Origin: an uncultured virus (IMG/VR IMGVR_UViG_3300028593_000005)
Lineage: Duplodnaviria > Heunggongvirae > Uroviricota > Caudoviricetes
Strand: one strand, 5' to 3'
IMG/VR virus record: IMGVR_UViG_3300028593_000005
DNA: 64,000 nt
The notes below the pieces were generated by a model, which was given only the letters and a program-made list of their open reading frames with translations, was not told the origin of the DNA and did not search any database. Of the stretch, positions 9,813-19,297 are shown piece by piece (the first letter of the stretch is position 1; each line of letters starts with the position of its first letter). The translations under genes and the position numbers were made by a program.

Positions 9813-10616
9813 ATGGCTAAAATATCAGAACACTTCGACACTTATGAATTCCGCTGTAAGTGCGGATGTGGTAAAGGAATACCGTCTACCTTACTGGTAT
9901 CTATGCTCGAACAGCTCTTCGCCTATATGGATGCTAAGGAGATATGGATAAGTAGTGGTTATCGTTGCGATGCTGCTACTCTTGCTATACCTGGCGCATT
10001 CTTAGGCGATGGTCATAACTGCAATGTTAACGGTTCTATTGCTGCAGATCTTTGTGTAATCAAACAAGATGGTGAAAAGTATACTTCTTGGGACATCGCT
10101 GAAGCAGCAGAGAGAATCGGCTTCAATGGTATTCTTCTGATCGATGATTTCTATTGTCATCTCGACACAAGAGGATACGAGCCTTATTCGAATAACCATT
10201 GGTTCGGCAATGAGAGAACTGGAGAGGGATATGAAACCTTCGAGAGAGGTACTGTATTCCCTGGACAAGATGGCTACGATCCTGATAAGGGTATAAGTCT
10301 GGCTTCTCTTGAACTGGAACTTCAGACTATACTGAAGGAGAAAGGTTACGATATCAATACTGATGGTATCATCGGAAACATTACTCTCTCCAAGCTTAGA
10401 GACTTCACTATTGAACCTGGAGATTCTGGAAAGCTTACACTCTGGACTCAGAAGAAGCTTAAGAGTCTTGGTTACGATGTAAATCTTAATGGCATTGCAG
10501 ATCAGAAGATGATGGATGCTATTCATCAGTTCCAGTCTGATAACAAACTCGGTGTAGGTAAGATACTCTCTGGTGGAGATTGGGCTGTACTGGCTAGTAA
10601 GAAAGTAAAGACGTAA
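9813..10616 (+). CDS. Endolysin: peptidase M15 (Zn) domain plus C-terminal peptidoglycan-binding domain
   Basis: SEHF..EFRCKCGCG, ISSGYRC, H..(N)..AAD and HLDTR are M15 motifs; LQTILKEKGY..DGIIG..T and QKKLKSLGY..G..AIHQFQ are PG_binding-like repeats. Confidence 0.85.
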   Translation: MAKISEHFDTYEFRCKCGCGKGIPSTLLVSMLEQLFAYMDAKEIWISSGYRCDAATLAIPGAFLGDGHNCNVNGSIAADLCVIKQDGEKYTSWDIAEAAERIGFNGILLIDDFYCHLDTRGYEPYSNNHWFGNERTGEGYETFERGTVFPGQDGYDPDKGISLASLELELQTILKEKGYDINTDGIIGNITLSKLRDFTIEPGDSGKLTLWTQKKLKSLGYDVNLNGIADQKMMDAIHQFQSDNKLGVGKILSGGDWAVLASKKVKT

Positions 10617-10630
10617 TAGGAGGTTTAAGT

Positions 10631-12215
10631 ATGGCTAATAGCAAGAATTGGCCTTTCAAACCACTTCTTGGTTCGCAACAGGCTATCAATAACCATCCTA
10701 TCAAAAAAAGGACAGTTCCTCATCCGAAAGGATGGGGGTGCTGTCTATTTCGATCAGGATGATGAAACACGAGTTCTCTTAGCCGATGTAGGCGGAGGAG
10801 ATAAGAGCCGCTACACTATACAGAAGTTCACTGATAATGAGACTGGTGAGGTTACTGAGATGCCAGAGAATCCAGATCATACGCATGAATGGCTGGTAGC
10901 TCAAGGCTGGAACTGGTCGTTACAAGACGCAAAAGCCTATGTTACTAAGTATGGCGCACTCAATATCGGACAGCATTATATAACTCCAGATGATAAGACC
11001 GCTATCAATGTCCATCTTCCAGAAGGTTGTCTGAATCCTCAACTTGGACTGTTTGTAGATGGATCAGTTCTTGTAGAATGGGGAGATGGCACAGAAGACA
11101 CTCTCACTAATACTGGAATGGAGTACACTTATGCTTCACATCAGTATGCTGAACCTGGTCAGTACTATATACTTCTTACTGTAACTGGTAATGCAGAGAT
11201 CAAGAGCACCAATGGTGCTAATGTATTCTTCTGTAAGGGCGGTAAGGGTACTAGTAAGCCAGGTAATGAGTCTAGAGCTTACAGCAACTGTATCGTTGAT
11301 GTTCATCTTGGAGCTAACATCGACATCGGCGAGTTTGCATTCTATAGATGCTACTCAATGAAGCATATATCGATTCCCTCCACAATACGATCTATCAATG
11401 AATCATCATTCAAATGGGACTCTACTCTTGAGTCTATAGTTATACCTCATGGTGTGACCGAGCTTGGGGCTAATACATTTGAAGGATGCTATGGAATGAG
11501 ATTCCTTTCTGTTCCTAACACATTAAAATCTATAGGAGATTGTTGCTTTGCACAATGCTATTCGCTCGTATGTGCTACATTTCCAGAAACTATGACATCT
11601 ATAGGTAGCTCAGCATTTGCTGATAACCCTTCATGTGATGTGCTTCTGACTCCTGGGGCTAAAAATATTCCATTTGAATTCATAATACGTAACCGTACTA
11701 TGGCGGCATTCTCTATTCCAGAGGGTGTAACAGCTTTAGGTGGCTATGCATTTGCATTATGTTACGGACTTAAAGATATCACATTACCATCTACTCTTCT
11801 GTCTGCTGGAGCTTCTTGTTTCACAGACTGCCAAGCTCTTAACTCTATAAGACTCCCTGATACTTTCACTACTTTGGGTGAGAGTATGTTCAACAACTGC
11901 ACTGCTCTTCAGCAAGTTAATATACCTTCTAGTGTGACTACAATACCTACTAAGTGCTTTAGACAGTGCTACTCGATGACTAAGATAGAGATTCCCTCTT
12001 CAATAGAGACTATAGCTGCAGAAGCATTCACTACTTGTTCTGGATTGGGAATCATAAAGTTCCTTGGTTCTACTCCACCTACAGTGGCTAATGCCAATGC
12101 ATTCACTAGTCTGGAAAATTCATGTAGGATACTTGTACCTGAAGGAAGTCTTGCTGCATATACATCAGCTCAGAACTATCCAGATCATACTAAGTATACA
12201 TATGAAGAGTACTAA
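10631..12215 (+). CDS. BspA-type leucine-rich-repeat (LRR_5) protein with a PKD-like domain; frame broken by an A7 run at 10703..10709
   Basis: GGAGG RBS and ATG at 10631, but that frame stops at 10762. The LRR frame (IP.SVT.IG..AF..C repeats, VEWGDG) is +1; removing one A gives a 527-aa fusion. Confidence 0.75.
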
Positions 12216-12224
12216 AAAATAAAG

Positions 12225-12247
12225 GCGGTGGGAATGAATCCCACCGC
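12225..12247. terminator. Terminator between convergent genes
   Basis: GCGGTGGGA/TCCCACCGC stem with an A-tract on the left (U-tract for the minus strand). Confidence 0.65.
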
Positions 12248-12254
12248 TATCCGT

Positions 12255-13370
12255 TTAACCTCTGTACATGATGAGCGTATGACATACCTCACATCTTTCA
12301 CCGACATGATCACTATCAGTATCAGTACCAGCAACAACACACTGTCCACACTCGCAGCGGACCTTCTCGTAATATGAAGGGTCCACGAAGAGACGTCTTG
12401 CGGGCTCTTTAGGCTTCTGAATTCTCTCTTTCGGGAGATCATCCTCATCCAGAACAAGTTCTCTCTGTCTTGTTTCAGCTTCGATCCCAGAGAACCTACC
12501 TTCACCCTTCCAGTAGCCCTGGATGAAGATTCTTTTGCCATTCTTATACCGTCTCCAGTGGCCTGTAACGTACCACATAAGGCAGTGATAATGGGTCTTT
12601 CCGTTCTCATCTTCTCTCTTATCAAAGAATTGATCAAGTTGTTCTGATTCGATGTAGATGGTTCTATAGTACTTAACCTTAGGCGATTTCTTCTTTCCAC
12701 TTCTGCTTTTCCGTTGAACTGGGATCTTACCTTCTTTAGTTCTAAACTGGATCAACGGATTGAACAATGTAACCTGAATAGCATACCAGATATTAAGGTA
12801 CCAAACTACATCTCCAAGCAATCCAGAAAATAGATGTATGTATACTTTGCTGTCGTAAGCATGTTTTGTAATCTTACCATACTTATATATGAAACTATTG
12901 CTAAGTTCTATTCCGAGTTCTGTTTCCGTCATTACTATAGGAAACACATATGTATATGCATTTACATATCCAAGTACAATTCCGATTATAGTTGTCGTTT
13001 CATTCATGGTTATCCAGTTTGTATCTTCGAAGATAACTAAACGATACTTACCATTACTTAGATCATGCTTCAATGTGATATCCTTTATCGGAATAGTATT
13101 CTCAATCACAATACCATTAGGGATTATTGTAGCGTTTAGCTGATCTCTCGCTTCTGTCATCTCTTCTTCTGTCATACATGATGCAAGTTTTGAATACTTT
13201 GAATCAATGACACCAGCTACTGAGAGTAGTTTGAATCTATCATCATGAACGAAATCTACCACATCGATTGATTCTTCTGGAAGTTTCTTGATCATCTCAT
13301 TTAGACGATCTGTTATTATCTCTCTAGGTATCATTACATTTCCTGCGTTGTTTATAAAATTATCTGCCAT
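12255..13370 (-). CDS. Hypothetical protein with a W.V.GHWR motif and C-terminal Zn ribbon (start likely ATG 13370)
   Basis: WYVTGHWRRYKNGKRIFIQGYWKG; CECG..CEVC; AAGGAAAGGA RBS. Confidence 0.7.
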   Translation of the reverse strand: MADNFINNAGNVMIPREIITDRLNEMIKKLPEESIDVVDFVHDDRFKLLSVAGVIDSKYSKLASCMTEEEMTEARDQLNATIIPNGIVIENTIPIKDITLKHDLSNGKYRLVIFEDTNWITMNETTTIIGIVLGYVNAYTYVFPIVMTETELGIELSNSFIYKYGKITKHAYDSKVYIHLFSGLLGDVVWYLNIWYAIQVTLFNPLIQFRTKEGKIPVQRKSRSGKKKSPKVKYYRTIYIESEQLDQFFDKREDENGKTHYHCLMWYVTGHWRRYKNGKRIFIQGYWKGEGRFSGIEAETRQRELVLDEDDLPKERIQKPKEPARRLFVDPSYYEKVRCECGQCVVAGTDTDSDHVGERCEVCHTLIMYRG

Positions 13371-13410
13371 AGTATCATTCCTTTCCTTCTCTCGCCATCT
13401 ATTCCTAAGC

Positions 13411-13422
13411 AACACTCTAATA
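13411..13422 (+). promoter_or_regulatory. Late promoter AACA-N6-TA
   Basis: AACActctaaTAA. Confidence 0.65.
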
Positions 13423-13448
13423 ATACTACACCTAAAGGAGGTTTAGAT

Positions 13449-14333
13449 ATGTCGAATAATCTTTACGACGAAAGAATACATTGTATTCCTGGTCCGTACC
13501 CGACAGATCCCATGTGGATCCCAGGTAGACCGCCATACGAGCATCCTGGTGGATGCTGTCCAGATGCACCTGTTGTAAATCCTTACAATCCTGGTGTACC
13601 TAATCCTGTTCCTACTCGTTACTTCTATCCTGTACCGCCTTGTGGTCCTTGGCCTCATCATCCTGAGAAGTTCTTCGTTCTGAAGAGACAACTCAATGAA
13701 ATACTCAAGAACATCGCTAAGGCTGATATCTATCAGGATAAGAGCGAAACAGGTACTACTATCAGAGTCGGCGGTATTGCTAAGGGTACTAAGCTCGGCG
13801 ACATCACATTCTCAGAACTTGTTGCTAAGCTTCTCTTCCCCTCTGGTGATCAGCCTGTAGACCCTGAAGAGTATGTTAAAATGGGCGAGTTGGAAGATCT
13901 TGTTAAGGCATTCCTTACTACTGTAGCAGTATCTGGTTCCTATAACGATCTTACAGACCAGCCTACTATCCCAAGTGTTGAAGGTCTCGTAACTATAGAG
14001 GCTCTTACAACAGCACTTGGTGATTATGTAGCTAAGACTGACATGGCAACATACCTGTCAGGCTATGATTATATTAAAATGGGCGAGTTGGAAGATCTTA
14101 TTAAGGCATTCCTTATGGTCGAGTTGGAAGATCTTGTTAAGGAATTCCTTGCTACTGTAGCAGTATCTGGTTCCTATGACGATCTTACAGACACGCCTAC
14201 TATCCCTAGCCTTACATGGCCAGAGGATAAACTCCACGATGTAGTAAACGGCGTGGGTGGATTCAAAGTTGGAGATAATCTTGCTGGAATGAGCATCGTT
14301 GATATCATCGAAACTCTTCTCTGTAAACCCTAA
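13449..14333 (+). CDS. Putative fibre/decoration protein with SGSY(N/D)DLTD.P repeats
   Basis: LATVAVSGSY.DLTD.PTIPS repeats are typical of phage fibre proteins; Pro/Cys/His-rich N-terminus; late promoter. Confidence 0.6.
   Translation: MSNNLYDERIHCIPGPYPTDPMWIPGRPPYEHPGGCCPDAPVVNPYNPGVPNPVPTRYFYPVPPCGPWPHHPEKFFVLKRQLNEILKNIAKADIYQDKSETGTTIRVGGIAKGTKLGDITFSELVAKLLFPSGDQPVDPEEYVKMGELEDLVKAFLTTVAVSGSYNDLTDQPTIPSVEGLVTIEALTTALGDYVAKTDMATYLSGYDYIKMGELEDLIKAFLMVELEDLVKEFLATVAVSGSYDDLTDTPTIPSLTWPEDKLHDVVNGVGGFKVGDNLAGMSIVDIIETLLCKP
13872..14206 (+). repeat. Intragenic ~100-bp direct repeat with a nested ~33-bp duplication
   Basis: 13872..13972 is near-identical to 14070..14206; GAGTTGGAAGATCTTRTTAAGG occurs three times. 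Confidence 0.85.
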
Positions 14334-14346
14334 TCCTTAACAGACA

Positions 14347-14368
14347 GAGGGTGGAGAAATCCACCCTC
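14347..14368. terminator. Terminator between convergent genes
   Basis: GAGGGTGGA-gaaa-TCCACCCTC. Confidence 0.6.
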
Positions 14369-14372
14369 CTTT

Positions 14373-15158
14373 CTACTGCTGTAATATCTGTAGTGGGAAG
14401 TTGAACTGAAACTTGTTGTTTGAGTTAGCATATCCACGAACTGGAAAGTTGTAGATATCAACTTTAGACAGGATACTCTTATCCACGGTATCATCATCAT
14501 TGATATCGTAGTTATACCAATGTCCTGCCATATTCTTAGAGAAGACATGATACTGAAGGATGATCTCTAATCCATCCCTCCAGTTACGGCCATTTCTAGA
14601 TGGTTCCATATTCACCGAACAGAGCTCGTGAATAAGATCAGTAACTGCCCAGCAGACATCCTGATTATTCAAGCGAGATTTATCTCTATGAGTTATACAT
14701 CCTTCGTCAGTCGGTTTCGATGAAGCATACATTGTACGTGTGATATACTCGAAGTAGTTTGCTGGTTTGATCTTTGTCTGATCTTTGTTGAGCAGGAGAG
14801 GTCTCATAAACTCAAATTCTATCATAGTAGATGACACATTATCTCTGGCCATTACTACGATGGCATAGATTCTGTTATGCACATTTAAAGAAACAGGGTC
14901 TTCCTGTCCACATATATACAGAATACTAGGTCCTATGTCCTTATAAGGCTTTCCTATGTAATCAGTGCAGTTTATATAGTTCCTACTACCATTGAAGGAG
15001 CTAAAGAATCTCCTTTGGTCCTTCTTGATATGTCTGTAGTCTGACATGCACTTGACCAGATTAGAGTATCCATCAGGATGTGAGTACTTTGTTTCTTCTC
15101 TATTCAAAAACAGTTTGATTCTGTCTTTAGCATCATCCTTCTTCATAAGTAGGCACAT
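14373..15158 (-). CDS. Hypothetical early protein
   Basis: 261-aa ORF in an overlapping minus-strand operon. Confidence 0.7.
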   Translation of the reverse strand: MCLLMKKDDAKDRIKLFLNREETKYSHPDGYSNLVKCMSDYRHIKKDQRRFFSSFNGSRNYINCTDYIGKPYKDIGPSILYICGQEDPVSLNVHNRIYAIVVMARDNVSSTMIEFEFMRPLLLNKDQTKIKPANYFEYITRTMYASSKPTDEGCITHRDKSRLNNQDVCWAVTDLIHELCSVNMEPSRNGRNWRDGLEIILQYHVFSKNMAGHWYNYDINDDDTVDKSILSKVDIYNFPVRGYANSNNKFQFNFPLQILQQ

Positions 15159-16146
15159 CCTTCTTTACAGTAACAAAGTAATATCCTCCAGTGACCTTCT
15201 GGCGATAGTCGTAAGTCATCATTGCTGACTCCTTGAAGAACTTCTCTTCAAGGATACTTTCATCAAGCTCTTCATCCTCTGACCAAGGAATGAAGTAGCT
15301 CTGATCAACCTGGTAGTATTTGTGGTTTACCCAGTCTATGACAAGGGTAGTAATTCCATCGTCGTAGATTGTAAAGTCACTATCACTAGCAGCATAATTG
15401 ACCTTGCCGATTCTGATAACCTTCTCTTCTTTAGTTGTGGAGTTGTCGCTGTCGCATATGTTCTCTAGATGACGTTCAATGATCTCATCTGGTACGTATA
15501 CGAGTTCTGCAAAACTGAGGTATTTTAAAGTTTCGATCATACTTCCTATACTATCGTACTGATCTGTATTATATACCTCCCCATCAAATTCATACGTGAT
15601 CTTGAAATCTATGAGATCTGCAGTGGCCTGTACATCTAACTCGTAATCAGTCAATGTAGTATATGCAAGTCCTATATTATGAAGATCAGAGAAGTCAGAC
15701 TCCTGCTCGTATTCCGCAACAGTGAATTCGTTGATAAGACGTTTAGCTTCTTCGAGCTCCTTATCATTATCATTCTTTACCTCTTCCTCAAGCTCTTTCT
15801 CTTTAGCCTTCTTCTCCTCGTCTTCAGTGAGGTTTCTGATCGTTTTATTCACGAAGTCGATGTAGTATCTTTCGCTAGTTTCGAGAAGACGGAATTCGCA
15901 TCCGATACAGTAAGTATCATTTCCGACTACATTAAGGTTCTTATTTGTTATTTCGTAGAAGACTTCGTTGTCTTTTGTAATGAGATTATTGATAGAGTCA
16001 AGTTCTTCTTGGTGAAAGAAGAGATCGTAAAGTGGTGATGGAGTCTCTTTTGCTACTTTATGAATCACCATACTATATGGTGCGTATGGATTCCACTGTA
16101 CTATCATCTTTCCTAACTTCTTACTGTTTGCTATTATTGCGTACAT
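15133..16146 (-). CDS. Early protein containing a domain resembling Firmicute conjugative-element polyvalent proteins
   Basis: LEEAKRLINEF..EY...DFSDLHNIGLAYTTLTD.E..VQ..ADL segment, recalled from ICE helicase/methylase polyproteins; GGAGG RBS. Confidence 0.55.
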   Translation of the reverse strand: MYAIIANSKKLGKMIVQWNPYAPYSMVIHKVAKETPSPLYDLFFHQEELDSINNLITKDNEVFYEITNKNLNVVGNDTYCIGCEFRLLETSERYYIDFVNKTIRNLTEDEEKKAKEKELEEEVKNDNDKELEEAKRLINEFTVAEYEQESDFSDLHNIGLAYTTLTDYELDVQATADLIDFKITYEFDGEVYNTDQYDSIGSMIETLKYLSFAELVYVPDEIIERHLENICDSDNSTTKEEKVIRIGKVNYAASDSDFTIYDDGITTLVIDWVNHKYYQVDQSYFIPWSEDEELDESILEEKFFKESAMMTYDYRQKVTGGYYFVTVKKDVPTYEEG

Positions 16147-16167
16147 AACGCATTACCTCCTCTTCAT

Positions 16168-17109
16168 TTAGTTTGCCGTCTGATAGATGAAACGATTATG
16201 ATCAAAACTGCGTCCAACCTTGAACTGTTTGATTTCTCCGCTGACTACATCATTCAGCTCGGCGTGCCAATAAATTCTTATGTCTGGATCGTTAACAAAT
16301 GCTACATTCTGACTATAAGTTTCTATATAGATCTCTTTACCGTCAGAACCCTTAACAACTACCTCATTCATATAGTCGTATGCTACATGATCAAGCTTAG
16401 CTATGAGCTCACATTCGTTAGCAGCCTTTACAGGAAGCGGCTTATCATCTAGTGTCAGACCATCATATACCTGCTGGAGAATAGATCCCTTGATACGTGC
16501 ATAGTCTACACAGATATGAATCTGTTTAGATGACGCATCATCATTCAGCATGTATTCAAACACCTTACCCATGAATGGAAGGTGATACATAAGTATTCTG
16601 TCGTTCAGTATGATGAATACCTCTTTCTTTATGAAGCTCGGTTCATTACCTCTATTGCCTTCTCTCAGTATAAGGGTATCCTCTTCCTCTACTTTCTTCT
16701 CCGAATATCTAGATATGAGTGCTAATTCACCTGTGGATCTGAGCTCTATCGAACCGTTATCATCACGCTTTACGAACTTACAGTTATTAGGATTCTCGTA
16801 ATCGACAAATATCCTCTCATTACGCCTGTTAGAGAATACGACAAACTGTTTGTCATAATCAGATATAGCTTCAACTATAAAATCATTGATCGGTTTGAAA
16901 TCGAGAAATATCGGCTTTCTATTTGTCGATTCATTAGAAACCATCTGCTGACGCATTTTGCTGAAAATACCTTTCAGTTCTTCCACTTCTTTTCTATCTC
17001 TATCATCCGATAGAGTAAAGGACTCGATTCCACGACACTCATCAATCTCGATGGTATAGTGATCGATTACAATTGTTATGAGTGATCCATTGCGTTCTGA
17101 TTTGATCAT
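16168..17109 (-). CDS. Hypothetical early protein
   Basis: 313 aa, GGAGG RBS. Confidence 0.7.
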   Translation of the reverse strand: MIKSERNGSLITIVIDHYTIEIDECRGIESFTLSDDRDRKEVEELKGIFSKMRQQMVSNESTNRKPIFLDFKPINDFIVEAISDYDKQFVVFSNRRNERIFVDYENPNNCKFVKRDDNGSIELRSTGELALISRYSEKKVEEEDTLILREGNRGNEPSFIKKEVFIILNDRILMYHLPFMGKVFEYMLNDDASSKQIHICVDYARIKGSILQQVYDGLTLDDKPLPVKAANECELIAKLDHVAYDYMNEVVVKGSDGKEIYIETYSQNVAFVNDPDIRIYWHAELNDVVSGEIKQFKVGRSFDHNRFIYQTAN

Positions 17110-17112
17110 TGC

Positions 17113-17616
17113 TTATTCCTCCCTAAGTTTCTTGTACCAGACCATCTTGAGTTTGTTGATTGACTGGAAGACATAGTCATACTTTACTCCAGCCTTCTTA
17201 GCATACTCATCATCAGGTCCGCCCTCAAATTTCTTTATATGTCCAAGCAGATAGTCATCCATCTGATTCTTCAGGATGTCTTCTACATGGGGCTTTAACT
17301 TTCTCATGTAGTCACCAAACGGTACAGTCAGTACCATTTCAACGACATAGATCTCGTTAGCTCTATAATCGAGCAGGAAACGAGCACCTTTCGAAAGGAT
17401 GACACAACCATCCTCCTCAAGCTCTGACTCCAATGCATAAGGAGTCGCCATTCTACCTCCTAAAAGATGTCTTCTTGTATAACATATGAGGTTTGATTTG
17501 AGCTGATCAGCCAGCTCTTTTACAGAATCTGTCTCTGTTGTATAGCCTATTGCTTTACAGAAATTAGATACATCCATATCCAAGTCCTCCCATATTATGT
17601 ATTGTGAAAGCCTCAT
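17113..17616 (-). CDS. Hypothetical early protein
   Basis: 167 aa, part of the operon. Confidence 0.65.
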   Translation of the reverse strand: MRLSQYIIWEDLDMDVSNFCKAIGYTTETDSVKELADQLKSNLICYTRRHLLGGRMATPYALESELEEDGCVILSKGARFLLDYRANEIYVVEMVLTVPFGDYMRKLKPHVEDILKNQMDDYLLGHIKKFEGGPDDEYAKKAGVKYDYVFQSINKLKMVWYKKLREE

Positions 17617-17887
17617 TGTGTAAGATTATCTCTTCTCCTGCGACTTTCAAGTCTATTGCTGCAGCTAATGTTACACATGCTACAACAAGTACAACTACTG
17701 TAATATTCTTCAGCGATCTGAAGATCTTCTTTGCTCTCTTAGAAGTAACCTTCCTTGGAGCAGACTTATTTACGATGTCGTTTGCGACATCTACGAGCTG
17801 AATAAGTCTTATTATAGCGAGTAGAAAGCATACCGATACTATCGGATACGCTACTGCTATAATGAACTTTGCCAATGACAGAATCAT
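17564..17887 (-). CDS. Small membrane protein (2 TM helices)
   Basis: Two hydrophobic stretches; AAGGAGG RBS before ATG 17887. Confidence 0.65.
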   Translation of the reverse strand: MILSLAKFIIAVAYPIVSVCFLLAIIRLIQLVDVANDIVNKSAPRKVTSKRAKKIFRSLKNITVVVLVVACVTLAAAIDLKVAGEEIILHNEAFTIHNMGGLGYGCI

Positions 17888-18311
17888 TATTTCTTTCCTC
17901 CTTAAGTTCATCGAGATCGAGGTATCTGCTACCCCAAGAGTCTAGATAATGTATATGACGTCTTACATCCAGCATCGCCTTCAGTCTATCATAGTCTACG
18001 GATTGAATAATATCTACTACATCTGTCTCTGGCGGTTCTGGTAAGTTGTAGTAGAAGTCATCTACATACATATGTGCAACTGTCATACCTCTAAGGTTTT
18101 TGTCTACACCATCGTGATGTATGGATATACTGAGTTTGGTAAGATCTTCTGCAGAAGTCTCATCTACGCATGGTGGTCTAAGCATTATTAGTTCTACAGG
18201 TTTTAGTTCTAATCTAAGAAGAGACTTCTTATAATCTTTCTCCATATCGCTGAGCACTTCGGGATCGATACGATCATAATATACTTTGCGTTTGTTCTTT
18301 TCTTCATACAT
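17766..18311 (-). CDS. Hypothetical early protein
   Basis: 181 aa, AAAGGAGG RBS. Confidence 0.65.
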   Translation of the reverse strand: MYEEKNKRKVYYDRIDPEVLSDMEKDYKKSLLRLELKPVELIMLRPPCVDETSAEDLTKLSISIHHDGVDKNLRGMTVAHMYVDDFYYNLPEPPETDVVDIIQSVDYDRLKAMLDVRRHIHYLDSWGSRYLDLDELKEERNNDSVIGKVHYSSSVSDSIGMLSTRYNKTYSARRCRKRHRK

Positions 18312-18354
18312 AGCTCATTCCTCCTTTTTTGTAGAGCCATAATCTATATGTCAT
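18304..18354 (-). CDS. 16-aa leader micropeptide MTYRLWLYKKGGMSYV
   Basis: Perfect AAAGGAGG RBS; first ORF after the early motif; its stop lies just past the ATG of 18311. Confidence 0.45.
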   Translation of the reverse strand: MTYRLWLYKKGGMSYV

Positions 18355-18424
18355 GTGTACTCCTCCTTTCATATCCCGACCTGTTAATATAGTGTAAGTG
18401 GTCAGGTACACATGTACTACATAT

Positions 18425-18434
18425 ATAATATACA
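18425..18434 (-). promoter_or_regulatory. Putative early promoter TGTATATTAT
   Basis: Heads the 18354->14373 small-gene operon. Confidence 0.6.
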
Positions 18435-18467
18435 GCCAAACCATCTATTAAAAGGAGAGTGATATCT

Positions 18468-19193
18468 ATGTCGACAATGCCTAAGTTCATCAAAGAGAAA
18501 GATGGCGGCTATGCATTCAACTCTGAGGGAACGTTCGTTTTCTATGTTCCTGAGAAGTTCTTTGATACTAAGCTGGCTATCTTCAATGGTGAGTACATCT
18601 CATTGTTCGGTATATGTACCTATGCTATTCTGAACAAAGAAGGCAAGCCGACAACTGGCTTGCACAACTTTAACTTCCCAGCAATGTTTGTCACTAAACC
18701 TGATGACATTGAAATAGTGAAAGGATTGAAGCTTACAAAGAATACTGATGTACAAGACTATCGTCTTCTCAAGTACAATAAGGATGCTATGATAGTAGTA
18801 TCCTCTGAAGTAGTTGTAGATGGCGGAAATCTTGATACTTGGTATAGAGCTTTGCAGTTTGGAAACATACCTAACACTATACCCTACGATCAGCTTCAGG
18901 AGTACTTCCTCAGAAACATTGAGCTTACAGAGAACAGCTATGATGTATCTCTTCAGCTTATCGGTATAGTAGTTTCTGAGTGTGCTAGATCAGCAGCTGA
19001 CACTTCAGTCCCATTCAGGCTTTCTGGATCAAGGGATATGAATGAATACCGTATGGTAAACATACGTGACATTCCTCGTGAAGTATCACCGTTCACAGCC
19101 TTCACTTCAGAGACTTGGGACAAGGCTTTAGTATCGTCTATTGTGGTCGGTAATAACGGTGAATCTCCGCTTGAAAAGATCATGATGGACTAA
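18468..19193 (+). CDS. Putative RNA polymerase beta' extreme C-terminal fragment (virion RNAP subunit)
   Basis: IGIVVSECAR and SPFTAFTSETWDKALVSSI..SPLEKI resemble the beta' C-terminal H.EIIV.QM and SF.SAASF.ET..VL regions; late-type AACC-N6-TAA at 18439..18450. Confidence 0.5.
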   Translation: MSTMPKFIKEKDGGYAFNSEGTFVFYVPEKFFDTKLAIFNGEYISLFGICTYAILNKEGKPTTGLHNFNFPAMFVTKPDDIEIVKGLKLTKNTDVQDYRLLKYNKDAMIVVSSEVVVDGGNLDTWYRALQFGNIPNTIPYDQLQEYFLRNIELTENSYDVSLQLIGIVVSECARSAADTSVPFRLSGSRDMNEYRMVNIRDIPREVSPFTAFTSETWDKALVSSIVVGNNGESPLEKIMMD

Positions 19194-19215
19194 TCAACGA
19201 AGCTGGGCTCGATCT

Positions 19216-19227
19216 AACATCAGTATA
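19216..19227 (+). promoter_or_regulatory. Late promoter AACA-N6-TA
   Basis: AACAtcagtaTAA upstream of the sheath gene. Confidence 0.7.
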
Positions 19228-19297
19228 AAGATCTAATTGCTTAGATTAGATTAGACAATCCTTATCTTACTATAAATCTATAAAGGAGGAATAACTA

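Noticed and set aside
10703..10710. Canonical -1 frameshift at A_AAA_AAG
   Set aside because: The -1 frame terminates within about 25 codons; the LRR frame is +1.
5378..14333. Diversity-generating retroelement acting on the adhesin/fibre genes
   Set aside because: No reverse transcriptase in the window and no TR/VR pair with adenine-only mismatches. The 13872/14070 repeat is intragenic with mixed substitutions.
17564..17887. Holin
   Set aside because: It has two TM helices but lies in an early-type operon far from the endolysin; no specific support.
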